Shown here: positions 7,427 through 14,667 of the stretch, in pieces
Numbering within the stretch: the stretch's first letter is position 1
Layout: each line of letters opens with the position of its first letter
Virus record (IMG/VR): IMGVR_UViG_2698536485_000022
Direction: 5' to 3' (one strand)
Source of the DNA: a virus
Lineage: Duplodnaviria > Heunggongvirae > Uroviricota > Caudoviricetes
DNA: 15,456 nucleotides
Translations under genes and position numbers: made by a program
Notes under the pieces: model-generated
What the model was told of the DNA's origin: nothing
Seen by the model: the letters and a program-made list of their open reading frames with translations, nothing else
The model's database searches: none

Positions 7427-7814
7427 ACAGTTTAACAACACACTACCGTCGCTCGCAACTGATTGCGCTTCCTGTACCGGGTGGAAAAGCGAAGGTGGAG
7501 TATTGCTATGCAGTGAATGTACCAGGTGACAGGGAAATTGTAACCCACAGCTTTGCAGAGTGGGCTGTGGGTGATTTCAACCGGCAGAAGGAGACAGTCC
7601 TTTGCGACAAGTTAACCGCTGGTTCAAAGATCACTACGGAGTGCCCGTCAGAGTCATTCGTTGGGAGCCGGAAACACAACGGGTTATCTACCTCCGTGAA
7701 GGCTATGAACATGAATGCTTCAGTCCGCTCGAACAGTTTCGTCGTAAATTCAGGGAAATAGAGGTCGGTCATGAGCCTGTTAATGACATCCCAGCCCATT
7801 GTGATAAATCGTGA
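7423..7814 (+). CDS. uncharacterised early gene with a frame switch (frame 1 open 7423-7761; frame 0 open 7575-7814)
   Basis: ATG 7423 has GGAGAAA upstream and overlaps the previous stop. Frame 0 has AAGGAGA followed by TTG at 7602 and encodes [54 protein letters not shown]. The frame-1 tail after about 7600 is low-complexity (Ser/Asn-rich). Confidence 0.35.
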
Positions 7815-8763
7815 TCTTGCATGCCGTATTGGTCTGAATGAGGCAATTGTGTTGCAGCAGCTTCATTACTGGCTGAATGAAACGAATTCAGGCACTGAGC
7901 ATGGCGGAATTCGCTGGGTTTATAACACGACAGAACAGTGGCTGGAGCAGTTTCCGTTCTGGTCAGAGTCCACTCTGAAACGCACATTTGCAAGCCTGAA
8001 ATCACTTGGGGTTTTGCGTCGCGAGCAACTCAATAAATCGAAGCGTGACATGACCAACTTCTACACGATCAACTATGAAAGTGAGCTTTTAGAAGAGGTC
8101 AAAGTGAACGAATCCATCAGGTCAAAATGCACTTCTCCATCGGGTCAAAGTGACCTGATGGATGGGCGCAAAATGACACGATCCATTGGTTCAAAACGAC
8201 ACGCTGTCATCGGGTCAAAATGGCCCAATGATCTTACAGAGAATACAACAGAGATTACTACAGAGAATAAAACCTCTTCTCGTCCGGACGCTTCGCAACC
8301 GGACACGCAAACGGCTGAACAGGAGTTTTTAACTCGCCATCCTGATGCGGTTGTATTCAGCCCTAAAAAGCGCCAGTGGGGAACGCAGGATGATTTGACC
8401 TGCGCACAGTGGCTCTGGAAAAAAATCATCGCCCTGTACGAGCAGGCCGCCGAATGTGACGGCGAGGTGGTTCGTCCCAAAGAACCGAACTGGACAGCAT
8501 GGGCAAACGAAATTCGCCTGATGTGTGTGCAGGATGGTCGTACTCACAAACAAATCTGCGAGATGTACAGCCGCGTCAGCCGCGATCCGTTCTGGTGCCG
8601 TAACGTGCTCAGCCCGTCGAAGTTGCGGGAAAAATGGGATGAGCTTTCCCTGCGCTTATCGCCGTCCGTCAGCACGCACACAGAAAAACGTGAAGACCCG
8701 TACTTCAAAGCCAGTTACGACAACGTGGACTACAGCCAGATCCCGGCAGGATTCAGGGGGTGA
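7771..8763 (+). CDS. replication initiation protein, O-like (replisome-organizer / DnaD-like N-terminal domain)
   Basis: 330 aa from ATG 7771 with GAGG Shine-Dalgarno. N-terminus [36 protein letters not shown] ... TLKRTFASLKSLGVLRRE is typical of phage replisome organizers. Position after cro/cII. Confidence 0.75.
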   Translation: MSLLMTSQPIVINRDLACRIGLNEAIVLQQLHYWLNETNSGTEHGGIRWVYNTTEQWLEQFPFWSESTLKRTFASLKSLGVLRREQLNKSKRDMTNFYTINYESELLEEVKVNESIRSKCTSPSGQSDLMDGRKMTRSIGSKRHAVIGSKWPNDLTENTTEITTENKTSSRPDASQPDTQTAEQEFLTRHPDAVVFSPKKRQWGTQDDLTCAQWLWKKIIALYEQAAECDGEVVRPKEPNWTAWANEIRLMCVQDGRTHKQICEMYSRVSRDPFWCRNVLSPSKLREKWDELSLRLSPSVSTHTEKREDPYFKASYDNVDYSQIPAGFRG

Positions 8764-8765
8764 TC

Positions 8766-8858
8766 ATGAGTCTGTTAAATGACGTTCAGAAATTCATTGA
8801 AGCCCATCCGGGCTGTACTTCCGGAGACATTGCGGATGCTTTTTACGTGGGGGCTTAA
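8766..8858 (+). CDS. 30-aa ORF between O-like and dam, possible remnant
   Basis: ATG 8766 to TAA 8856-8858 (MSLLNDVQKFIEAHPGCTSGDIADAFYVGA). Stop overlaps the dam start (TAATG). Occupies the position where a helicase-loader gene would be expected. Confidence 0.2.
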   Translation: MSLLNDVQKFIEAHPGCTSGDIADAFYVGA

Positions 8859-9511
8859 TGAGTAATAAATATTGCCAGGCGCTGGTGGAACTGCGGAATA
8901 AACCAGCCCATGAACTGAAGGAAGTGGGAGATCAGTGGCGCACGCCGGATAACATTTTCTGGGGAATTAACACCCTGTTTGGTCCGTTTGTTCTGGATCT
9001 GTTCACTGACGGTGATAACGCCAAATGTGCCGCGTATTACACGGCGGAAGACAACGCGCTGGCGCATGACTGGTCAGAACGCCTTGCGGAGCTTAAAGGT
9101 GCTGCCTTTGGTAATCCTCCATACAGCCGCGCCAGTCAGCATGAGGGGCAATACATCACCGGCATGCGTTACATCATGAAACATGCCAGTGCCATGCGTG
9201 ATAAGGGCGGGCGCTATGTTTTCCTGATCAAAGCTGCCACCAGCGAAGTGTGGTGGCCGGAAGATGCAGATCATATTGCTTTTATTCGCGGGCGTATTGG
9301 TTTTGAACTGCCTGTCTGGTTTATCCCGAAAGACGAGAAGCAGGTACCGACAGGAGCTTTTTTCGCTGGTGCTATTGCTGTTTTTGACAAGACCTGGAAG
9401 GGACCGGCAATCAGCTACATTGGGCGCGATGAACTTGAGGCATGTGGTGAGGCGTTTCTGGCGCAGGTTCGCCAGCAGGCGGAAAAACTGGTCAGGGAGA
9501 TGGCGGCATGA
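8858..9511 (+). CDS. phage Dam-family DNA N6-adenine methyltransferase
   Basis: 217 aa with the catalytic NPPY motif (AAFGNPPYSRA). Translationally coupled on both sides. Confidence 0.8.
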   Translation: MSNKYCQALVELRNKPAHELKEVGDQWRTPDNIFWGINTLFGPFVLDLFTDGDNAKCAAYYTAEDNALAHDWSERLAELKGAAFGNPPYSRASQHEGQYITGMRYIMKHASAMRDKGGRYVFLIKAATSEVWWPEDADHIAFIRGRIGFELPVWFIPKDEKQVPTGAFFAGAIAVFDKTWKGPAISYIGRDELEACGEAFLAQVRQQAEKLVREMAA

Positions 9512-9834
9512 CGACATTAACTCAATGCCAGCAGCAGGTGCTGGATATGCTGATTTCTTATCAGAAAGAGCGTGGCTTTCCGCCAACCAATCAGGAGGTG
9601 GCAACCATGCTGGGATACCGTTCAGTGAATGCAGCGGTAGAGCATCTTCGCGCACTGGAGAAAAAAGGCGTCATCACGATAAAGCGTGGCGTGGCCCGGG
9701 GGATAACGCTTCATACCGCGGTGAAGGACGACGACAGCGAGGCGGTCGGGATTATCCACTCACTGCTTGCCGGTGAGGAAAACGCAAGGCTGCGTGCAAC
9801 CCACTGGTTACATGAGAGGGACCTGAAAGTATGA
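9508..9834 (+). CDS. LexA N-terminal DNA-binding-domain paralog lacking the S24 peptidase domain
   Basis: 108 aa. MTTLTQCQQQVLDMLISYQKERGFPPTNQEVATMLGYRSVNAAVEHLRALEKKGVITIKRGVARGITL aligns by eye with the E. coli LexA N-terminus (..LT.RQQEV.D.I.......G.PPT..E.A..LG.RS.NAA.EHL.AL..KGVI.I..G..RGI.L). No cleavage site or Ser/Lys dyad follows. Confidence 0.75.
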   Translation: MTTLTQCQQQVLDMLISYQKERGFPPTNQEVATMLGYRSVNAAVEHLRALEKKGVITIKRGVARGITLHTAVKDDDSEAVGIIHSLLAGEENARLRATHWLHERDLKV

Positions 9835-10226
9835 AGCTGATCCTGCCTTTTCCGCCCAGCGTGAACACGTACTGGCGACACCCCAACAAAGGGGCGTTTG
9901 CTGGTAAGAGCCTGATAAGCGCGGCGGGGCGCAAATTCCAGAGCGCGGCGTGTGCAGCAATAGTTGAGCAGTTACGTCGTCTGCCAAAACCAACGTCGGC
10001 ACCTGCATCAGTGGAGATCGTGTTGTTTCCTCCGGATAACCGGATCCGCGATCTGGACAACTATAACAAGGCGCTGTTTGACGCCCTGACCCACGCGGGT
10101 GTGTGGGAAGACGACAGTCAGGTGAAAAGAATGCTGGTGGAGTGGGGACCGGTTATCCCGGAAGGGAAGGTCGAGATCACTATCAGTAAGTACGAAAAAG
10201 CGAGTTGCAAATTAGCAACTCGGTAA
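9831..10226 (+). CDS. rusA: RusA Holliday-junction resolvase
   Basis: 131 aa. Motifs LPFPPSVNTYWR and DLDNYNKALFDALTHAGVWEDDSQV match RusA. Confidence 0.85.
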   Translation: MKLILPFPPSVNTYWRHPNKGAFAGKSLISAAGRKFQSAACAAIVEQLRRLPKPTSAPASVEIVLFPPDNRIRDLDNYNKALFDALTHAGVWEDDSQVKRMLVEWGPVIPEGKVEITISKYEKASCKLATR

Positions 10227-10271
10227 CGGAATTGAGCAACACCCTAAATTTGGGTATTACCTCGTTAAAGA

Positions 10272-10291
10272 TACTGTATTTATGAACAGTG
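10272..10291. promoter_or_regulatory. SOS (LexA) box TACTGTATTTATGAACAGTG
   Basis: CTGT-N8-ACAG core at 10274-10289 with matching flanks (consensus TACTGTATATATATACAGTA). About 90 bp upstream of the KilA-N gene start, adjacent to a TTGATA hexamer at 10297-10302. Confidence 0.65.
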
Positions 10292-10377
10292 TATCCTTGA
10301 TAACTATTAAAAATCGCAGTAAGTTCATCTTGCATCAACGAAAAGGGAGTGCAGTCCCGAAATTTGTGGAGAAACCA

Positions 10378-11193
10378 ATGAATCAGTTGCTTGTAATTGA
10401 TGGCGTTTCTGTGCGCCAGTACTTTGAATCTAACTACTGTCTTAACGACCTTCAGAAAGCTGCTCTTCTTGCCGCTGGTGAGAATCGCTCCTCCCGTTCG
10501 CTGGAAGTTCACGAGTTTATGCGTCGTCCTGAAACGAAGGCTCTTGTGGAATTACTGGAAGAAGAAACTACGGGAGATTCCCGTAGTATTCCTGTCATCA
10601 CCATTCAGGGGCGCAATGGTGGGACGTATGTCTGTAAAGAGCTGGTCTATGCATATGCAATGTGGATCAGCCCGGCATTCAGCTTAAAAGTGATACGTAC
10701 TTTTGATGCGCTTCATAATTCATCACCAGAAGAAACCATATCCGACAAAATTAAATCCGGGGTCATTCTGCTTGAATCAGCAGCAAAGACTCTAAATCTG
10801 TCAAACTCCTCGAAACTTGGTGCATACCAGAAATTATCAAAGGTAGCAGGTCTTCCTGAACTTATGCCGATCTATGCCATTGATGCACCTGCTGATGCGC
10901 CAGATGGTTCAAGCCGCCCGACACTGTCACTGAGTGCACTGCTGAAACAGTATGGTATACGCCTGACGGCTAATCAGGCATATCACCAGATGGTGAAACT
11001 GGGGATCGTCGAGCAGCGCGAACGATACAGCCGTACCGCGATTAACAACATCAAAAAATTCTGGTCGCTGACAGCGAAAGGTTGCATGTTCGGCAAGAAC
11101 ATCACCAGTCCTGCAAATCCGCGCGAGACGCAGCCGCATTTCTTCGAATCCCGATTCCCTGAGCTGTTAAAGCTGCTCGATACCGTTCACTGA
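10378..11193 (+). CDS. KilA-N domain protein, antirepressor-like
   Basis: Track ORF 10282-11193 trimmed to ATG 10378 (GGAG 8 nt upstream); 271 aa. N-terminal KilA-N pattern: LLVIDGVSVRQYFESNYCLNDLQKAAL ... GTYVCKELVYAYAMWISPAF. Confidence 0.7.
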   Translation: MNQLLVIDGVSVRQYFESNYCLNDLQKAALLAAGENRSSRSLEVHEFMRRPETKALVELLEEETTGDSRSIPVITIQGRNGGTYVCKELVYAYAMWISPAFSLKVIRTFDALHNSSPEETISDKIKSGVILLESAAKTLNLSNSSKLGAYQKLSKVAGLPELMPIYAIDAPADAPDGSSRPTLSLSALLKQYGIRLTANQAYHQMVKLGIVEQRERYSRTAINNIKKFWSLTAKGCMFGKNITSPANPRETQPHFFESRFPELLKLLDTVH

Positions 11194-11208
11194 TGGGAGG
11201 CGTGGAGC

Positions 11209-11724
11209 ATGAGAATTACACCACCCCATCTGCAGCCAGTTTTATCCAGGGTTAAACGTTTTGTTGAACGAATGCCGGAAGGCGCAACACTGACCCAGAT
11301 ATCACAGAAAGTGCAGGCGTACAGTCTACTGAATAAAAGGGATAAGGAGATACTCATTGGCATTATCCGCGACAGTGGACTTCTGGTCGTTGCGAATGAT
11401 GGAAGAACTACAACGTTACATCATCCTAAATTTGGACATCAGGCAGTAAATAGTGAAATACCAGTAAAAACAGAGGAACCCGTTGTGATTAAAAAGACCG
11501 TTACTCCGGATGAATTACGCAGGCATGCTGAGGAGCTGATCAGGGCTGCGGAAGAAGCAGAGAAGAAATTTAATGATCGTGCGGAAATTAAAAAGCAACT
11601 GGATCCTCTGAAACTGGAAATCCTCCAGGCGTATGGAATGGCAAGTCGTAAATTTGATGAGTTTGTTGATGCTATGGCGGATATGGGGAAAGCGGTACAG
11701 AAACTGAAACAGATTGTGCTGTGA
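11209..11724 (+). CDS. hypothetical phage protein (171 aa)
   Basis: ATG 11209 with GGGAGG Shine-Dalgarno. Charged coiled-coil-like C-terminus. No family recognised. Confidence 0.55.
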   Translation: MRITPPHLQPVLSRVKRFVERMPEGATLTQISQKVQAYSLLNKRDKEILIGIIRDSGLLVVANDGRTTTLHHPKFGHQAVNSEIPVKTEEPVVIKKTVTPDELRRHAEELIRAAEEAEKKFNDRAEIKKQLDPLKLEILQAYGMASRKFDEFVDAMADMGKAVQKLKQIVL

Positions 11725-11733
11725 GGTTCTACG

Positions 11734-12723
11734 TTGAGAGCACTGCTGACCCCTGAAATTGCCCCGCGTATGGGGATCGTCTTGTTCAGACCAGGTTCAG
11801 AGCTGATGCCCCTGTTTATGCAGGGGCGTGTCCTGCTGGAGCCTGAGCCGGAACGTTATTCATCTTTTGCCAGTGGTGCCGTTCCGGCAGCATCACAACC
11901 GCTGGCGGATGATCCTGCCGTTCGGGCCGTGTTCCGCCATGAGGCGGTGATCCGTCGTGCTGGTGGCGTGGAATGTCTTGAAAGCTGGTTACTTCGTGAA
12001 AAAGGCTGCCAGTGGCCTCATTCCGACTGGCACAGCGAGAACATGACCACAATGCGACACGCTCCGGGCGCAATCCGTCTGTGCTGGCACTGCGATAACC
12101 AGCTGCGCGATCAGTTCACGGAACGGCTGGAAGCAATGGCAACGGATAACTGTGCCCGCTGGGTGTTGTCTGTTGTGCGTCGGGATCTCGGTTTTGATGA
12201 TAGTCACGTTGTGACAATGCCGGAACTGTGCTGGTGGCTGATTCGTAATGACCTGGCGTATGCCTTACCGGAAAGTGCAGCCCGTAAGGCACTGAGATTA
12301 CCGAAGCCTGTTGTGCCGTCTGTCACCCGGGAAAGTGACCTTGTGCCTTCGGTTACTGCCACCAGCATCATCCAGGATAAGGCGAAAAAGGTGCTGGCGC
12401 TGAAAGTGGATCCGGAGTCGCCGGAGTCTTTTATGTTACGCCCCAAACGTCGTCGCTGGGTTAATGAAAAGTACACGCGCTGGGTTAAGACACAGCCTTG
12501 CGCGTGTTGTGGTAAGCCAGCCGACGATCCACATCACCTGATTGGCCATGGTCAGGGTGGAATGGGTACAAAAGCGCATGACCTTTTTGTGTTGCCTTTG
12601 TGCAGAAAACACCATGACGAACTGCATGCGGATACCGTGGCATTTGAAGAGAAGTATGGTTCCCAACTGGAGCTGATATTTCGTTTTATCGATCGCGCGC
12701 TGGCGATTGGTGTGCTGTCCTGA
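11734..12723 (+). CDS. DUF968 (YdfU-like) protein with C-terminal HNH-like Cys/His motif
   Basis: TTG 11734 preceded by GTGAGG; 329 aa. C-terminus CACCGKPADDPHHLIGHGQGGMGTKAHDLFVLPLCRKHHDELH. Lies directly upstream of Q, as ydfU does relative to quuQ in my recollection. Confidence 0.65.
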   Translation: MRALLTPEIAPRMGIVLFRPGSELMPLFMQGRVLLEPEPERYSSFASGAVPAASQPLADDPAVRAVFRHEAVIRRAGGVECLESWLLREKGCQWPHSDWHSENMTTMRHAPGAIRLCWHCDNQLRDQFTERLEAMATDNCARWVLSVVRRDLGFDDSHVVTMPELCWWLIRNDLAYALPESAARKALRLPKPVVPSVTRESDLVPSVTATSIIQDKAKKVLALKVDPESPESFMLRPKRRRWVNEKYTRWVKTQPCACCGKPADDPHHLIGHGQGGMGTKAHDLFVLPLCRKHHDELHADTVAFEEKYGSQLELIFRFIDRALAIGVLS

Positions 12724-12740
12724 TTTTGTGGAGAAAGTTG

Positions 12741-13121
12741 ATGCGTGATATTCAGATGGTTCTTGAACGCTGGGGGGCATGGGCGGCAAGTGGTAACACC
12801 GGGGTGGACTATTCTCCGATCGCTGCCGGATTCAAAGGACTTTTACCATCTGCCACTAAACCACGTCCGGCCTGCTGCGATGATGACGGACTTATCATTG
12901 AAAACTGTCTTGCTCGTCTGAAGCAGAAAAAACCTGAGGAGTATTCGCTTCTCATTGCTCATTATTTGTTGCGAATATCAAAAAGACAGATAGCCAGGAC
13001 GAGAAAGAAAAGCGAAAAAGCAATACGAATTGAGATGCAGATAGCCGAAGGGTTTATTGACGGATGTTTGTCTGTGCTGGGGGTAAGACTGGAGATGGAC
13101 GACTGGCTGCTAAAAAAGTAA
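12741..13121 (+). CDS. late-gene antiterminator Q (QuuD/QuuQ type)
   Basis: 126 aa from ATG 12741 with GGAG Shine-Dalgarno (MRDIQMVLERWGAWAA ... AAGFKGLLP ... CCDDDGLIIENCLARLKQ). Followed by a terminator. Confidence 0.75.
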   Translation: MRDIQMVLERWGAWAASGNTGVDYSPIAAGFKGLLPSATKPRPACCDDDGLIIENCLARLKQKKPEEYSLLIAHYLLRISKRQIARTRKKSEKAIRIEMQIAEGFIDGCLSVLGVRLEMDDWLLKK

Positions 13122-13190
13122 AAAATGATTAGTGCGGTCCGCAAAAAGTATGTCAGTATGTTAAGAGTGGTTACTTCGCCACACAGCTTA

Positions 13191-13214
13191 AACCCGCCGC
13201 GAGCGGGTTTTTTT
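13191..13214 (+). terminator. tR'-like intrinsic terminator downstream of Q
   Basis: AACCCGC-cgcga-GCGGGTT followed by seven T. Confidence 0.7.
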
Positions 13215-13336
13215 ATGGCTGAAATCGGTCCAGTACAGTAAACGTGCTGGTGGCGGTGAATACCTGTCTTTCAGCTTGCCGGCTTTTTCGACAAGAGTTA
13301 TTGGTGTGTCACGTTAACCGGAAAAGGGAAAAAGAC

Positions 13337-13871
13337 ATGCTGAAACAGCAGGATATGACAGAAACCGCCAGAGTGGTGTTTAATGAATTAAGCGTCACCG
13401 AACCGGCGACAGTCGGGGAGATTGCGCAGAATACTTACCTTTCACGCGAACGCTGTCAGTTAATACTGACCCAACTATCAGCGGGGTGAACTGGAAAAGC
13501 CACATCACCAACTGGTCAGCACATACAGTGAGCTGAACCGGCAGTATACGGAACTGCTGAGTGAATATAAAAATTTGCGGCGGTATTTCGGTGTGACGGT
13601 GCAGGTGCCGTACACCGATGTGTGGACGTATAAACCGGTGCAGTACTATCCAGGGAAACATCCGTGCGAAAAACCGGCAGAAATGTTGCAGCAGATAATC
13701 AGCGCAAGCAGTCGTCCGGGAGACCTGGTTGCAGATTTCTTCATGGGGTCGGGGTCGACAGTGAAAGCAGCGATGGCGCTGGGACGTCGTGCAACTGGCG
13801 TTGAACTGGAGACTGAACGTTTTGAGCAGACGGTGCGGGAAGTACAGGATTTAATCATTCGTAACGGATGA
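13337..13871 (+). pseudogene. remnant of a DNA methyltransferase gene (N-terminal 50-aa ORF plus out-of-frame C-terminal fragment)
   Basis: ORF 13337-13489 (frame 2) overlaps a frame-0 reading frame open from 13470 to 13871. The latter encodes YYPGKHPCEKPAEMLQQII ... DLVADFFMGSGSTVKAAMALGRRATGVE, typical of the C-terminal part of N4/N6 methyltransferases. No DPPY-type catalytic motif is present. Confidence 0.5.
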
Positions 13872-13911
13872 GATTGCGGAGTTAATCATGCGTCGTTATT
13901 ATTCAGCAATC

Positions 13912-13987
13912 GGCCCTTTAGCTCAGTGGTGAGAGCGAGCGACTCATAATCGCCAGGTCGCTGGTTCAAATCCAGCAAGGGCCACCA
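13912..13987 (+). tRNA. tRNA-Ile (anticodon CAU, ileX/ileZ-like); tRNA-Met not formally excluded
   Basis: 76 nt: GGCCCTT acceptor stem, TAGCTCAGTGG D-arm, anticodon loop CTCATAA (CAT at 13945-13947), T-loop TTCAAAT, 3' ACCA. Close to the E. coli ileX sequence as I recall it. Confidence 0.85.
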
Positions 13988-13988
13988 A

Positions 13989-14054
13989 CCGCCACTAGCT
14001 CATCAGGAAAGAACGTCACCCTGTGCGAGATTCGGAGTCCCCGGTGGCGGTCCA
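13989..14054 (+). other. tRNA-like remnant (7-bp acceptor-type stem plus TCCA tail, no intact anticodon or T arm)
   Basis: CCGCCAC (13989-13995) pairs perfectly with GTGGCGG (14044-14050), followed by TCCA. Interior begins TAGCTCA like a D-arm but is too short (66 nt) to fold as a cloverleaf. Confidence 0.3.
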
Positions 14055-14067
14055 TTATCGGTATTCT

Positions 14068-14144
14068 GCGTTGTTAGCTCAGCCGGACAGAGCAATTGCC
14101 TTCTAAGCAATCGGTCACTGGTTCGAATCCAGTACAACGCACCA
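14068..14144 (+). tRNA. tRNA-Arg (anticodon UCU)
   Basis: 77 nt: acceptor GCGTTGT/ACAACGC, anticodon stem ATTGC/GCAAT with loop CTTCTAA (TCT at 14102-14104), T-arm ACTGG-TTCGAAT-CCAGT, 3' ACCA. Confidence 0.85.
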
Positions 14145-14548
14145 CACCACACTTATCTGCCCTGACTCTCTTTTGCGGGCTTTTTATTACAGGAAAGACA
14201 CCGGACAGTGAAATGTTAAATGCCTCACAATTCAGGCAGTTGACTGTTGCCTGACATGCTGAGCGTTTGTTAAAAAAATCCTGCATGATGAATCCCCCTG
14301 AGCGGCGGGGCATAATGACAGATGTTTGGTTGCGTATTGTATAGGCAAGTTGCGGATTCTGTCTGGTCATTGCAGAATTCACCGGGAGGCACCCGGCATC
14401 ATGCTGTATACAGAGATTAGGCATATATCCAGGCTTCTCATCGCAGGAGCCTTTTTACATGCAAAAAAAAGCCCGAGTGGGTTCGGGCAACAGCATGAGA
14501 TACTTGCATTGTCATTTTTATCGTGTGGATTTTAACCAGGGTTTATAA

Positions 14549-14579
14549 GGCTGCGCAACTGCGCGGCCTTTTTCGTTTT
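14549..14579 (+). terminator. intrinsic terminator upstream of the nanS-p-like gene
   Basis: 8-bp stem GGCTGCGC / GCGCGGCC (one G-U pair), loop AACT, followed by TTTTTCGTTTT. Confidence 0.5.
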
Positions 14580-14667
14580 GCGGGCTGCGGTTCTCCTCTT
14601 TTGATTCTCCTTGTGGCCGGACCGTGGCCCGCAACTGTTGAGGAAAATCCCGGAAAGGGGAGGAATA

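Noticed and set aside
8145-8553. Minus-strand ORFs 8145-8480 and 8329-8553
   Set aside because: Antisense to the O-like replication gene.
9074-10060. ORFs 9074-9655 (minus), 9264-9776 (plus), 9752-10060 (minus) and 9808-10008 (minus)
   Set aside because: Alternative-frame or antisense ORFs over dam, the LexA-like gene and rusA, all of which have clear family motifs in the chosen frames.
11816-12789. Minus-strand ORFs over the DUF968 gene and Q start
   Set aside because: Antisense to a long ORF with a conserved C-terminal Cys/His motif; GC-rich antisense frames stay open by chance.
14074-14424. 116-aa minus-strand ORF
   Set aside because: Overlaps the tRNA-Arg gene and the hairpin-rich intergenic region; no Shine-Dalgarno.
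14431-14457. Possible plus-strand terminator AGGCT-(12 nt)-AGCCT followed by TTTTT
   Set aside because: Only a 5-bp stem with a long loop; too weak to call given the stronger terminator at 14549-14579.
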